Assembly (NCBI GenBank): GCA_965224245.1 | Contig: OZ245046.1 | Span: 384,001 to 448,000 of the forward strand | Origin: Candidatus Eiseniibacteriota bacterium | Lineage (GTDB): Bacteria; Eisenbacteria; RBG-16-71-46; CAZAMP01 | DNA length: 64,000 nucleotides | Direction: 5' to 3' | Shown: in pieces, positions 44,866 through 58,462 of the stretch | Numbering within the stretch: position 1 is the first letter of the stretch | Layout: the number at the start of each line of letters is the position of its first letter | Notes under the pieces: generated by a model | Databases searched by the model: none | Told to the model about the DNA's origin: nothing | What the model saw: the letters and a program-made list of their open reading frames with translations, nothing else | Translations under genes and position numbers: made by a program

Positions 44866-46107
44866 ATGTACCGAATGTCGCAGCTCGCCGCGGTCGCCAC
44901 GATCGCCACGATCTCTCTGCCCGTAGCCGTCTCACAGGCGGCGGCTCCCCGCACGCCGGACGCCGACGATCCCGCGCCGCTCGGCATCCGTCTCGGCCCC
45001 GAGGTCGTCACGACCGGGATGTCTCTGCGAAACGGGCGCCCGCTCGTGGAGGTGATGCTGAACGGCGACGGACCCTTCACGCTGCTTCTCGACACGGGGG
45101 CGGGCGTGACGCTGCTCGGTCGCCAGGCGAGTGAGCGACTCCGACTGGAGTCCGTCGGTCGGACCGAGATCGGAGATCCCTCCGATGCCGAGCAGATCGA
45201 CGTGGACGAGGTGCTGCTGAGCCGTGTGGACGTCGGCGACGCCGCCTTCCTGACGGTTCCCGCGGTGGTTCTCGACGATCCGGCGTTCTCCGAGCACCTC
45301 GGCGTGGACGGCGTTCTCGGCATCACGATGTTCCGCGACTGTCTCCTGACGCTGGACTATCCGGCCGAGGAGGTGCGCATCGAGCACGGGAGCCTGCCCG
45401 CCGACGGCGACGACATCGTGCCGATCCGGTGGGGCGAGTCGATCTTCGAGGTCGTGGCGGGGATCGGGGGCGACGCGCACGCGACCCATCTCGACAGCGG
45501 ATCGCCGGCGGGGTTCACGCTCCCCGCGGCGGTGGTCGAGACGCTGCCGCTGCGGTCCGAGCCGGTCGTCGTGGGGCTGGCCCGAACCATCAACGGCGAG
45601 TTCGAGATCCGAGAGGCCCAGCTCGACGGGTCGATCACGATCGGTGACCACGTCTTCGAAGACCCGACGGTCGTGGTCCAGGATCGCTTTCCGTTCGTCA
45701 ACGTGGGGCTCCAGGTGCTGCGCGACTTCGCGATCACGGTCGACCAGCGGGAGAACCGACTCCGGATGACGCGTGGTCGCACATCCCCTCCCACCTCTCC
45801 GGCGGTGGCCAGGGCCGAGCATGCGACCCCCCGGCGACGCGTGGCATCGGCGTCCGGTGGGGAGCCGCCCCGGCTCGGGCTGATGGCGGTGCCGGCCGAC
45901 GGCGGGCTGCGCGTGATGGGCACCGTCCCGGGGCTTCCGGCCGAGACGGCCGGGCTTCTCGCGGGCGATACCGTGACCGCCGTCAACGGGAAGGCCGTCG
46001 AGGCGTATCCGAAGGACGAGCTCGGAGCGGCGCTCCGGTCGCTGCCGCTCACGCTGACCCTCGAGCGCGACGGTGAGGTGTTGAGCGTGGTCGTCGAGCC
46101 GCGCTAG
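44866..46107 (+). CDS. Secreted twin retropepsin-like aspartic protease with PDZ domain
   Basis: AAAGGAG RBS; LLDTGA and HLDSGS; DGVLG; PAETAGLLAGD.VTAVNG PDZ. Confidence 0.88.
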   Translation: MYRMSQLAAVATIATISLPVAVSQAAAPRTPDADDPAPLGIRLGPEVVTTGMSLRNGRPLVEVMLNGDGPFTLLLDTGAGVTLLGRQASERLRLESVGRTEIGDPSDAEQIDVDEVLLSRVDVGDAAFLTVPAVVLDDPAFSEHLGVDGVLGITMFRDCLLTLDYPAEEVRIEHGSLPADGDDIVPIRWGESIFEVVAGIGGDAHATHLDSGSPAGFTLPAAVVETLPLRSEPVVVGLARTINGEFEIREAQLDGSITIGDHVFEDPTVVVQDRFPFVNVGLQVLRDFAITVDQRENRLRMTRGRTSPPTSPAVARAEHATPRRRVASASGGEPPRLGLMAVPADGGLRVMGTVPGLPAETAGLLAGDTVTAVNGKAVEAYPKDELGAALRSLPLTLTLERDGEVLSVVVEPR

Positions 46108-46369
46108 CGATACCGGTCGTTCTCCACCGAAACCGATGATCCCGGCGTCGTCGGCTCGTATCTGGGGCGATCGCCCCGTCCCGAGCCGCGTACCGGTCCG
46201 CGCGTCGCGGTGCAAACCGCGAAAGCCGATGGGTACGCCGGCACCCCACATGCGATAGGATACCGCGCACGAGATATCGCTCCGCCGGCCCGCATCCGAT
46301 GCGACGCTCGACGCTCGCCGGCCGGAGCAGGATGCCCATTCCGGATCGGACGCTCTCGAGGGACAGACG

Positions 46370-47962
46370 ATGGACGCTCCCGGCCGGGGTGAAGAACGTC
46401 GTGTGGGTCTGTATCTGGCGGCCGTGGCGGTGACCCTGCTCGCCGGCTACGTGCTCACGCTGGCGCGGGTGCACACCTGGGATGCGATCGCCTACACCGC
46501 GAGCGTGAACGGTTCGGCGCTGGGTGGGCACGACTATCAGTCGACCGAGCGGTTCCATCCCCAGCACCTGCTGTTCGTGCCGTTCGCCCAGGGGGTTCGC
46601 GCGCTCCTGGGCCTGATCGGTGTCGAGAGCCACGACCCGTTCCTGCCCATCCAGCTCATGAACGCGCTCTTCGGCGCTGCCGGCGCGTGGCTGCTGGGGC
46701 GCATCGCGTGGCGGCGATCGGGTCACGTCCCGACGGCGCTGGCCATCGCCACGCTCTACGGGATGTCGAACGCGGTGTGGATGTATTCCACGGACGTCGA
46801 CGTCATGCTGCCCACGCTGTTCTTCGCGATCCTCGCCACCTGGCTCTCGTTGGGTCGCTCGCGGGGCCGGTGGATTCTCGTGGCGGTCACGGCGGCCGCC
46901 GCGGTGACGATGCATCAGGTCGCGATCCTGTTCTGTGCGTCGATCCCGCTGATCGAGCTCGCACCCGGGGGCGGCCGCGACGCCGTGTCGCGCGCGGTGC
47001 GGCTGGCGATCGGGATCGCGCTCCTGGTGGTCGGTGCGTACGTCGCGGTGACGGCGATCGCGCTCGGACTTCCGCTGCGTGACGCCGCCGCGTGGAGCGT
47101 GTCGGCCAGCGCGCCCGCCGAGCTCTTCTCGACACCCCTTCGCTGGACGCTGATCAACGGCGCGCGCACGTTCCTGAACGCATTCGTCGCCGTCAACGGC
47201 CTCCCTCCGATGCGGGCGCTCGTCGACGACGTGCGCGGCCTCTCGCTGCTGGTCGCCGCGGGCGTGGGATCGGCCGGTGTCCTGGTGATGTTCCTGCGCG
47301 TGGCGGTCTCGATCCCGCGACTGGTCACGTCCGGTGCCCCGCTGCCGCGCGTCTGCATGGTGTGGCTCGCATTCCTGGTCGCGTTCATCCTGTGGTTCCA
47401 GTCCGACAAGCTCGATCACTGGATCTACGCGGTGCCGCCGGTGCTCCTGCTCACGACCGAGGCGCGGCTGCAGCCCATCCGGTACGGCCGGTTCCTGAGT
47501 CACCTACGCTGGATCACCTGGACCTTCCTGGTCGCCGTGCTCTGGCTCAACCTCGCTCACGGGGCGCTCCCGCGCCGGAACGAGGCGACCGCCCGCTATG
47601 CCGGGGCCGTGGAGTGGACACGTCGCCTGGCGGAGCCGGGTGACGTGGTCCTCTACGACGGGACCGACTACCGGCCCATCGTGCACCTCGCCGTCCCGTT
47701 CTTCACCGGCGTCGATCTGATCGACTTCGCCAGCACCGACGTCGACGAGGCGCTCCATCGGGTGTACGACGCGCTCGCGAGAGGACATGCCGTGTACATC
47801 ACGATCGAGCACGCGCCGCTGGACCTGATGGTGGCGCTCGAGCTCCAGGGCGTGACGGTGGGGGAGCCGGCGGCCGACCATCCCCTGGCGTTTCGTCTCG
47901 ACCTGGCCGACGATGACGGCGCCAGCGATCACTCCCGTCGGCCGATCCAGGAGAGCCCATGA
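46370..47962 (+). CDS. Multi-pass membrane protein, GT-C/PMT-like glycosyltransferase candidate
   Basis: WDAIAY first loop, HPQHLL, W.YST.V; about 10 TM segments. Confidence 0.6.
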   Translation: MDAPGRGEERRVGLYLAAVAVTLLAGYVLTLARVHTWDAIAYTASVNGSALGGHDYQSTERFHPQHLLFVPFAQGVRALLGLIGVESHDPFLPIQLMNALFGAAGAWLLGRIAWRRSGHVPTALAIATLYGMSNAVWMYSTDVDVMLPTLFFAILATWLSLGRSRGRWILVAVTAAAAVTMHQVAILFCASIPLIELAPGGGRDAVSRAVRLAIGIALLVVGAYVAVTAIALGLPLRDAAAWSVSASAPAELFSTPLRWTLINGARTFLNAFVAVNGLPPMRALVDDVRGLSLLVAAGVGSAGVLVMFLRVAVSIPRLVTSGAPLPRVCMVWLAFLVAFILWFQSDKLDHWIYAVPPVLLLTTEARLQPIRYGRFLSHLRWITWTFLVAVLWLNLAHGALPRRNEATARYAGAVEWTRRLAEPGDVVLYDGTDYRPIVHLAVPFFTGVDLIDFASTDVDEALHRVYDALARGHAVYITIEHAPLDLMVALELQGVTVGEPAADHPLAFRLDLADDDGASDHSRRPIQESP

Positions 47963-48369
47963 GGTGGCAGAAGCTGATCCCGATCCTGCTGTTCGCCGTG
48001 GTGATCGTCTACCTGATCCGGGCGCTGCCCGGGAGCTTCAGCACCGACCTGTCGCGGATCGGATCCACGCAGGTGACCGTCGTCGCCGTCCACGACCTCA
48101 ACCTGGTCGCCAGCACGCGCATGATGAGCACGCTGGACCGCGCGAAGGACCGCTTCGACGAGCGGGTGCTGATCCTCGTGGCCGACGTCAACACGCGAAA
48201 TGGCCGTGCGTTCGCCGAGAATCACGCCGCGCCTCCGGCCACGCTGCTCGTGTTCGACGCCGCCGGCGAGAAGATCGACACGATCAGAGGGGACGTCGAC
48301 GACGCGGAGGTCGCCGAGCGGGTCGGCCACGCGTTCGCCACGACGACGTCGTCCCCGGTGATCCCGTGA
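47959..48369 (+). CDS. Membrane-anchored thioredoxin-like fold protein lacking CxxC
   Basis: N-terminal TM; V.VHD.N...S, PATLLVFDAAGEKI; ATGA overlap. Confidence 0.55.
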   Translation: MRWQKLIPILLFAVVIVYLIRALPGSFSTDLSRIGSTQVTVVAVHDLNLVASTRMMSTLDRAKDRFDERVLILVADVNTRNGRAFAENHAAPPATLLVFDAAGEKIDTIRGDVDDAEVAERVGHAFATTTSSPVIP

Positions 48370-49067
48370 AGACGATCGGCATCCTCGGAGGCTTCGGACC
48401 CGATGCCACGATCGAGCTCGAGCGACGGATCCTCGAGGAGTCCCGGCGGCGCATTCCGCCGGCCCTCAACGGCGGCTATCCGCCCGTGGTCACGTTTCAC
48501 CTGCGGCACCCGCCGGTTCGACACGAGCACGGAGCGCCGCCCGCGGGACCGCTCCGCATCGACGATCGCGTGCTGGAGGCGGCCCGCCGGCTCGGCGCGC
48601 TGGCCGATCTCCTGATCATCGGGGCGAACGCGCCGCACCTCTTCGCCGACGAGATCGCTGCCGCAGCCGGTTGCGAGGTCGTCAGCATGGTGGACGTCGT
48701 GGTCGAGGAGATCCGACGGCGCCCGGTGGCTCCGGTCGGCCTCCTCGGGCTCGGGGTCCCGGAGGCCTACGTGAAACGGCTCGACCGTGAGGGGATCGCG
48801 ACCGTCGTGGCCGATCCCCAGGCCCGGCGGGACCTCGACGAGGGCATCCTGCGGACGCTGGAGGGTCGCACCACGGACACACACCGCGAGGCGGCCCGCG
48901 AGGCGGTGCGGTCGGTGCGCGCACGGGGGGCGCAGGCGACCGTCCTCGGGTGCACCGAGATCCCGATCCTCCTGGCCACCGGGGCCGTCGCGCCGGATCT
49001 GATCGATCCCGGCCCGCTCGTCGTCCGCGCGGCCGTCGCACGCGCGATCGACGAGAGCACCGCTTGA
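48366..49067 (+). CDS. Aspartate/glutamate racemase family protein
   Basis: KTIGILGGFGPDAT; LGCTEIP; GTGA overlap. Confidence 0.85.
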   Translation: MKTIGILGGFGPDATIELERRILEESRRRIPPALNGGYPPVVTFHLRHPPVRHEHGAPPAGPLRIDDRVLEAARRLGALADLLIIGANAPHLFADEIAAAAGCEVVSMVDVVVEEIRRRPVAPVGLLGLGVPEAYVKRLDREGIATVVADPQARRDLDEGILRTLEGRTTDTHREAAREAVRSVRARGAQATVLGCTEIPILLATGAVAPDLIDPGPLVVRAAVARAIDESTA

Positions 49068-49166
49068 CCGGATCCGCCGTCTCCTGCACCATCGTCCGCC
49101 CCTGTCCAGCCCCGACGACGTCCGGCGTGCCGATCGGCGCGCCCCCAGCGAGGTGAGTCTCCCGGC

Positions 49167-50858
49167 ATGATCTCGGTATCCGGTCTCGAGAAGAGCTACG
49201 GCGCGAACGTGCTGTTCTCCGGCGTCACGTTCCTCCTCAATCCGGGTGAGCGCTACGGCCTCGTCGGCGCGAACGGATCGGGGAAGACGACGCTGCTCCG
49301 GATCCTGTGCGGCGACGAGGAGCCCACCGCGGGGACCGTCTCGATCCCCAAGCGCCTCGAGCTGGGGCTCTTGCGCCAGGATCAGTTCCTGTACGAGGAC
49401 GAGGAGATTCTCGGGGTCGCGATGCGCGGAAACCCCGAGCTGTGGGAGGCGATCGTCGAGAAGGAGCGGCTCTTCGAGCACGAGGGCGATGCGTTCGACA
49501 CAGAGCGGTTTGCCGTGCTGGAGGAGACCATCCAGCGACACGACGGCTACGCGGCCGAGGCGAGGGCGGCGGAGATCCTGGAGGGCCTGGGGTTCCCGGC
49601 CGAGGTCCACCGGAGACCGATGTCCTCGCTGTCGGGCGGGTTCAAGCTCCGCGTGCTCCTGGCGCAGGCGCTGGCCGGACAGCCCGACGCGCTGCTCCTC
49701 GACGAGCCGACCAACCACCTGGACATCCTGTCGCTGCGCTGGCTGGAGAAGTTCCTGCGCGAGTTCAAGGGACCGCTCGTGGTGATCTCACACGATCACC
49801 GGTTCCTGGACAACGTCGTCACCCACATCCTCGACGTCGACTACCAGACCGTCACCCGGTACACGGGCAGCTACACCGACTTCGAGCGCCTGAAGCTCGA
49901 GGAGCGCGAGCGGCGCGAGAAGGAGATCCAGAAACGCGAGCGCGAGATCGCCCACCACCAGGAGTTCGTCGACCGGTTCCGCGCGAAGGCGAGCAAGGCG
50001 CGCCAGGCTCAGAGCAAGCTGCGGTTCATCGAGAAGCGGTCGGAAGAGCTCGTCGAGCTACCGCAGAGTTCGCGGCGCTACCCGGTGTTCCGGTTCGCGC
50101 AGCGGCGTCCCAGCGGCCGGGACGTGCTCCGGATTCGCGGCATCGAGAAGTCCTACGGCGAGAACCGCGTGCTACACGGCGTCGATCTGGAGGTGCGCCG
50201 CGGCGATCGGCTGGCCATCATGGGACCGAACGGCATTGGCAAGTCCACGCTCCTCAAGATCGTCATGGGCGACCTCGCGCCCGATGCGGGCGAGGTGGAG
50301 TGGGGCTACGAGACGCACCCGAGCTACTTCGCACAGGATCATCACGAGCAGTTCGACCAGCCGAAGCAGACCGCCTACGAGTGGATCTCCGGGTGCTGTG
50401 AGGGGCAGACCACCGGATACGTCCGAAGTGCGCTGGGACGCGCGCTGTTCTCGGGCGAGGACGCCGAGAAGCGTTTGGGCACGCTCTCCGGCGGCGAAGC
50501 GGCGCGGCTCGTGTTCTGCCGGATCTCGATGCAGATGCCCAACGTGCTGGTGCTCGACGAGCCCACGAACCACCTCGACCTCGAGTCGATCACCGCGCTC
50601 GTGGATGCGTTGAAGGACTACGACGGCACGCTGATCCTGGTCTCCCACGATCGGTGGTTCATCTCGCGTCTGGCCACGCGGATCGTCGAGATCTCGGCCG
50701 CCGGCATCCGGGACTACCGGGGGACGTACGAGGAGTACGTGCACGCGTGCGGCGACGATCATCTGGACGTCGACACGGTCGTGCTCGCGGCACGGCGCGA
50801 GAAGCGATCGGCGAGACGCCGCAAGAGCGCCGGCGCGAAGTCCGATTCGACGAGCTGA
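49167..50858 (+). CDS. ABC-F family ATPase (YbiT-like)
   Basis: Two ABC domains (GANGSGKT, GPNGIGKS; LSGG; LDEPTNHLD twice), linker, no TM. Confidence 0.93.
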   Translation: MISVSGLEKSYGANVLFSGVTFLLNPGERYGLVGANGSGKTTLLRILCGDEEPTAGTVSIPKRLELGLLRQDQFLYEDEEILGVAMRGNPELWEAIVEKERLFEHEGDAFDTERFAVLEETIQRHDGYAAEARAAEILEGLGFPAEVHRRPMSSLSGGFKLRVLLAQALAGQPDALLLDEPTNHLDILSLRWLEKFLREFKGPLVVISHDHRFLDNVVTHILDVDYQTVTRYTGSYTDFERLKLEERERREKEIQKREREIAHHQEFVDRFRAKASKARQAQSKLRFIEKRSEELVELPQSSRRYPVFRFAQRRPSGRDVLRIRGIEKSYGENRVLHGVDLEVRRGDRLAIMGPNGIGKSTLLKIVMGDLAPDAGEVEWGYETHPSYFAQDHHEQFDQPKQTAYEWISGCCEGQTTGYVRSALGRALFSGEDAEKRLGTLSGGEAARLVFCRISMQMPNVLVLDEPTNHLDLESITALVDALKDYDGTLILVSHDRWFISRLATRIVEISAAGIRDYRGTYEEYVHACGDDHLDVDTVVLAARREKRSARRRKSAGAKSDSTS

Positions 50859-51049
50859 CGCCCGGCGGGGCCGCGCCTCGCCGCACACCACTCGGCCATC
50901 CCGATCCCCTGTCGCGAGTCTCCTCTGGATGTGTGCCGGGAGAGGTCTATGATGGGGCACCGAGCGAGGACGTCGCGGCCGCGATCGACGCTCCGTCGTG
51001 CGGTCACGCGACGTCCAGAGCCAACCTCTCAACGATCGCGGAGGACGCC

Positions 51050-51802
51050 ATGTACGCGACGGGGATCACGCCGCGCGCTCTGAGCGGGCTTGCGCTGGCC
51101 GGGTTGATCTGGGTGGTGGGCTGTTCCGGTGGTGGCGGAGGCGACGCGCCGCGAGACGCGACGCCTGACACCCGGGCGATGGACACCGACGTGTCGGCGC
51201 CGGTCGACACCGATGTGTCCTCGCCGCCGGCGTCTCCGCCCGGTGCGACGTCCGCCGAGCTCTCCGATGCGACGTTCGGGGACACCAGCCCCTCGGAGCC
51301 ACCCCCGGATCCGCGGGCCGGGTCGACGCACGAGCCGTCGGCGAGTGACGACGTGGCGCCCGCAAGCGACGACGTGGCGCCCGCAAGCGACGACGTGGCG
51401 CCGGAGAGCGACGGCTCCGCACCGGCGAGCGAGGACGCCGCAGATCAGGCGGCGTCGGTCTCCGACGGTTCCGCCGTCGACGGCCCGGTGGCGGTGGCCG
51501 ACACCAAGCCGGGGCTCACGCGCATCGGGGCGGTCAAGTGCAAGATCTGTCACAAGGTGCAGTACGCGTCGTGGGCGGAGTCGGAGCACGCCCTGCGCAC
51601 GCCACCTCTCGACTGCGAGTCCTGTCACGGCTCGGGCAGCGAGTACAAGAAGAAGTCGATCATGCAGGATCCGGAGCTCGCGCGTGCCGCAGGCCTCGTG
51701 ATTCCCGACCGGTCGTTCTGCACGGGCGGCCCGTGTCACCAGGACGGGTGGGAGGACGACATGATCGAGCGCGCGCACGCCCACGCGACCGAGGACGATT
51801 GA
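51050..51802 (+). CDS. Lipoprotein with long Pro/Ser/Asp linker and C-terminal multiheme cytochrome c (c554-like)
   Basis: GGAGG RBS; lipobox VVGC; CKICH, CESCH, CTGGPCH; SDDVAPA x3 repeat. Confidence 0.82.
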   Translation: MYATGITPRALSGLALAGLIWVVGCSGGGGGDAPRDATPDTRAMDTDVSAPVDTDVSSPPASPPGATSAELSDATFGDTSPSEPPPDPRAGSTHEPSASDDVAPASDDVAPASDDVAPESDGSAPASEDAADQAASVSDGSAVDGPVAVADTKPGLTRIGAVKCKICHKVQYASWAESEHALRTPPLDCESCHGSGSEYKKKSIMQDPELARAAGLVIPDRSFCTGGPCHQDGWEDDMIERAHAHATEDD

Positions 51803-51866
51803 CGTACCCTCGACGCGGCGGCAGCCCCCTTCGCGGAGGCCGCCGCACCGACGAGACGAGCCGGGT

Positions 51867-52514
51867 CTAGAGCCTCCGGCGCCTGACGCCGGCCGCTCCC
51901 AGCGACGTCATCAGCACCCCCAGGACGGCCGCCAGCGCGGGACCCATCGCCGGCGCCCGGACCGAATCGACGCCGGCGGACACGATGGCCGGCGCGGTCG
52001 CGTCGTCTCGCACGAAGCGATGGAACGCCTGGCCCTCCGGATCGCCGCGACTGCCCGAGAGCACGTAGGCCTCGAAGTAGATGGGTCCCGCCGATGACGC
52101 CGGTGCGGTGAACGCGAACGTGTGGGAGGTCTGCGTTCCATACCCCGTCGTGTGCGTGATCGCGGCCCCGTCGCAATCCAGCGACCAGGGTCCCGTGATC
52201 GACGTCGTACCGTCCGGGGTCCAGGTCCCCACGTGAGTGCCCGCCGCATCGACGGCCGTGACGACGACGCCGGTGTGCGCAGCGCCGGACAGGGTCACCT
52301 GGATCGGGTCGTTCGGCCCGTACGTGGACACGTCGGTCTCGAGCAGGAACGGTCCCGGGTTCTGGTTCAGGGTGCGGCTGCCCATCGCGGTGATCGTCGA
52401 GAAGTCGGGCTCGATCTCGCAGGTCCCGGAGCCGGACGCGAACGCCCCGGCGCTCGCCACGCATCCGGCGGTCAGCACCGCGCAGGCGATCAGGCTCGAT
52501 ACGGCTCGTCTCAT
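51867..52514 (-). CDS. Reeler-domain surface protein with C-terminal TM + RRRR (IPTL-CTERM-like) anchor
   Basis: AAGGAG RBS; signal peptide; Y.P...IQVTLSG, VGTW, C..AITHT, FTAP...GPIYFEA; APAMGP-TM-RRRRL*. Confidence 0.7.
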   Translation of the reverse strand: MRRAVSSLIACAVLTAGCVASAGAFASGSGTCEIEPDFSTITAMGSRTLNQNPGPFLLETDVSTYGPNDPIQVTLSGAAHTGVVVTAVDAAGTHVGTWTPDGTTSITGPWSLDCDGAAITHTTGYGTQTSHTFAFTAPASSAGPIYFEAYVLSGSRGDPEGQAFHRFVRDDATAPAIVSAGVDSVRAPAMGPALAAVLGVLMTSLGAAGVRRRRL

Positions 52515-53011
52515 GGATGCTCCTTCGTTGCAGTGTGAGTCGTGGAGCTGACGCAGGCGCGACAGCCGGCTTCGTCGCAGCAGATTCCGGTCGGAAAGAA
52601 CCAGCCTCCCGCCACGTGTCCCACGATCGGGTACTTCGCGAGGAAGACGCCATCGAAGAGCTGGTCGAGCGCGCGGATCTGCGCCTCGTCCAGGTCGTCG
52701 CATCGGTCGCTGAGGTCGTCGGGCTCCATCGACATCCTGGCCACGGCGCAGCTGGCATCGCGTCCGGCCAGGAGGTGGTAGTGCCCCCCCGGCACGTAGA
52801 AGTCTCGTCCCTGGCTCACGTCGAAGACGATGCCCCGGAGCGCCACGTAGATCGGGAGGTCGGGGTCGGTTCCGTCGTAGGCCGAGAGCGCCTCCGGGGT
52901 ATACGCCGCCCTGGCCGCCTCGGCGAGTCGCTCGGGCGGGAGGTCGGCCTGGCTCGAGACGGACGTGAAAACGAGCAGCGCGACGATGAATGCGGAGATT
53001 CGGAGCGGCAC
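52511..53011 (-). CDS. Exported cytochrome b5-like heme/steroid-binding protein (MAPR/neudesin-like); start uncertain
   Basis: YTPEALSAYDG, IYVALRGIVFDVS.GRDFY.PGGHY..LAGRDAS, KYPIVG. Confidence 0.85.
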   Translation of the reverse strand: MPLRISAFIVALLVFTSVSSQADLPPERLAEAARAAYTPEALSAYDGTDPDLPIYVALRGIVFDVSQGRDFYVPGGHYHLLAGRDASCAVARMSMEPDDLSDRCDDLDEAQIRALDQLFDGVFLAKYPIVGHVAGGWFFPTGICCDEAGCRACVSSTTHTATKEHP

Positions 53012-53096
53012 CGAAGGAGAATACGACGAGACCCCGGCCGAGAGGAAGCACCGAGGCCGTCGGACGGCGCCGCGGAGTGCCACCCGGGCCGCGGGC

Positions 53097-56624
<3,528 letters not shown>

Positions 56625-57018
56625 GCGGGACCCGTTCCTCACCCTCTCGGGGGTCGAGTGCGCCCGCGCACGCCGGATCGTGTCCGCGTCCGGCGCGCAG
56701 GTCTCGTCGATGATACACGGATGCGGTCGGAGAGAAAGCCGCGGGCGCCTTTCCCGGGCGGCGCCCGCGGCGGGAATCTACCGGCTCCGGGTCAACGCCG
56801 CTCGCTCCTCGGCCCGGGCTCTCGCGGCGGCCAGCCGGGCCTCTCGCGCGGCCACGGGCACCCGGAGCGCTCGAGATCGCGCAGATCCACCTCACTCGTC
56901 GTCCCGAGGTCGATGCCGTCGCCGTCGTCACCGATCCGGCGTGCCTGTCACGGGTCGAGCCGCGCCACGTCGTCGACGTCGAAATGCGGCACGGCCGGCG
57001 CTCGCGAGGCTCGGAACA

Positions 57019-57048
57019 CGGCCCGCGACGTCCGACGGTCGCGGGCCG
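57019..57048 (-). terminator. 11-bp perfect hairpin downstream of the YncE-like gene
   Basis: CGGCCCGCGAC-8 nt-GTCGCGGGCCG. Confidence 0.55.
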
Positions 57049-57062
57049 CTGGAGGAGCGACG

Positions 57063-58157
57063 CTATCGAACGTAGGCGATCCCGAACGGGTTGAGCCCGA
57101 CGATGACCTCGTCGACGAGCGCCGGGAGGCGACTGGTGCCGCGCAGCTCGTACACGGTGACCTTGTCCGACGTGCCGCCCGAGTGGGTAACGAACATCTT
57201 GCGGCCGTTCGTGGTCAGCGCGATGTTGTGCGGGATCGGGTACGGGCTGTCGGTGGGCATGCCGGCCACGGTGTCGGCGCGGGTATCGATCGTGAACAGC
57301 GCGTGCGCCCCGGCGCCCGGAAGGTTCGTCGTGTAGAAGAACCGGCCGTCCTGGCTCATTCCGGCACCGTGGGCGCCGGGAACGTCGATGCTCCGCAGGA
57401 GGGCCAGCGTGCCCATGTCCAGGACGAGGACGACGTTGCTGTTCTGGCACGGCACGTACAGCTTCGGACGCCCGGACGAGATGGACAGCGAGAGGTGCGG
57501 ATCCTTGCCCACGTCGGCGCGCGCGGTCTCCTGGAACGTCTCGGTGTCGAACTGGACGACGGCATCGGTGTCGCCCGACAGGCCGATGACGCTGACGTAC
57601 GCCAGGCGTCCCTTCGGTCCCAGGATCACGTCGTGCGGCTTCCCGCCCAGGGCGACGAGGTCGGCCGGCGTGGGGACGGTCGCGATGACCGAGAGCGTGT
57701 GCGGATCCACGACGGTGGTCGTGTTGTCGATGTCGTTGTTCACCCAGAGCTGCCGGCCGGTCGGGTCCGCCCACATGTGAAACACGCCGTTGCCGGTGGG
57801 GGCGGTGCCCTCCACGTCGAACGAGTGCGAGTCGAACGCGACGACGCGGTCGTTGGCGCGGTCGCCCACGAACACGCGACGAGCGGTCGGGACGGAGACG
57901 ACGTACATGGGCTCGGGCGTCGGCTCCGACGCATCGGCCGGCAGCGCGTGCACTGCGATCCGCTCGTTCGTGTATGCATCGATCACGGAGATCGTGCCCG
58001 ATGCCCGGTCGGCGACGACGATTCGGTCCTGTCCGGCCGGACGGTCGACCGACGTGCGGTCAGGCTCCGCGTCGCGAGCGCCTTCGGGCCCAACGGAGCT
58101 GACCGAGCAACCGGCGATCGCCAGTCCGGTGACGAGAATCGTGAGCATGGTTCTCAT
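57063..58157 (-). CDS. YncE/YVTN family beta-propeller lipoprotein
   Basis: GGGAGG RBS; lipobox IAGC; repeated PH(D/L/N) motifs, VGLNPFGI. Confidence 0.85.
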   Translation of the reverse strand: MRTMLTILVTGLAIAGCSVSSVGPEGARDAEPDRTSVDRPAGQDRIVVADRASGTISVIDAYTNERIAVHALPADASEPTPEPMYVVSVPTARRVFVGDRANDRVVAFDSHSFDVEGTAPTGNGVFHMWADPTGRQLWVNNDIDNTTTVVDPHTLSVIATVPTPADLVALGGKPHDVILGPKGRLAYVSVIGLSGDTDAVVQFDTETFQETARADVGKDPHLSLSISSGRPKLYVPCQNSNVVLVLDMGTLALLRSIDVPGAHGAGMSQDGRFFYTTNLPGAGAHALFTIDTRADTVAGMPTDSPYPIPHNIALTTNGRKMFVTHSGGTSDKVTVYELRGTSRLPALVDEVIVGLNPFGIAYVR

Positions 58158-58462
58158 GGTCTTCTACCTCCCATCGCGTGGTACATCACGAGCGGCGGGT
58201 CCTCGGCGACCGCCGCGACACGTGCGTCGTTCGGACGTTCCGTATGCAAACTCTCGCACGCCCTCCGGAACGGGGTGCGGCCCACGGAACGCTAGCGTCC
58301 GGCCGGTGCGATGGAATCACGGAAGTCTCACGAAACACTAAAAATGACCGTGTGGCACGACGGGAAGAGGAGAGTCGAGGAGAGCGCGCGACGGCAGGCG
58401 GAGAGGGGCTACCAGCCCGACGAGGTGTTCAGTCGGAGGATCGGACGGCCACGGCGGTGGGC

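Noticed and set aside
51345-51405. 21-bp repeats as a CRISPR array
   Set aside because: Tandem coding repeats without spacers; no cas genes
56700-56830. AAPAAGIYRLRV on the + strand as another CTD relic
   Set aside because: Only one short motif; no PNP, DxxGR or WDG context
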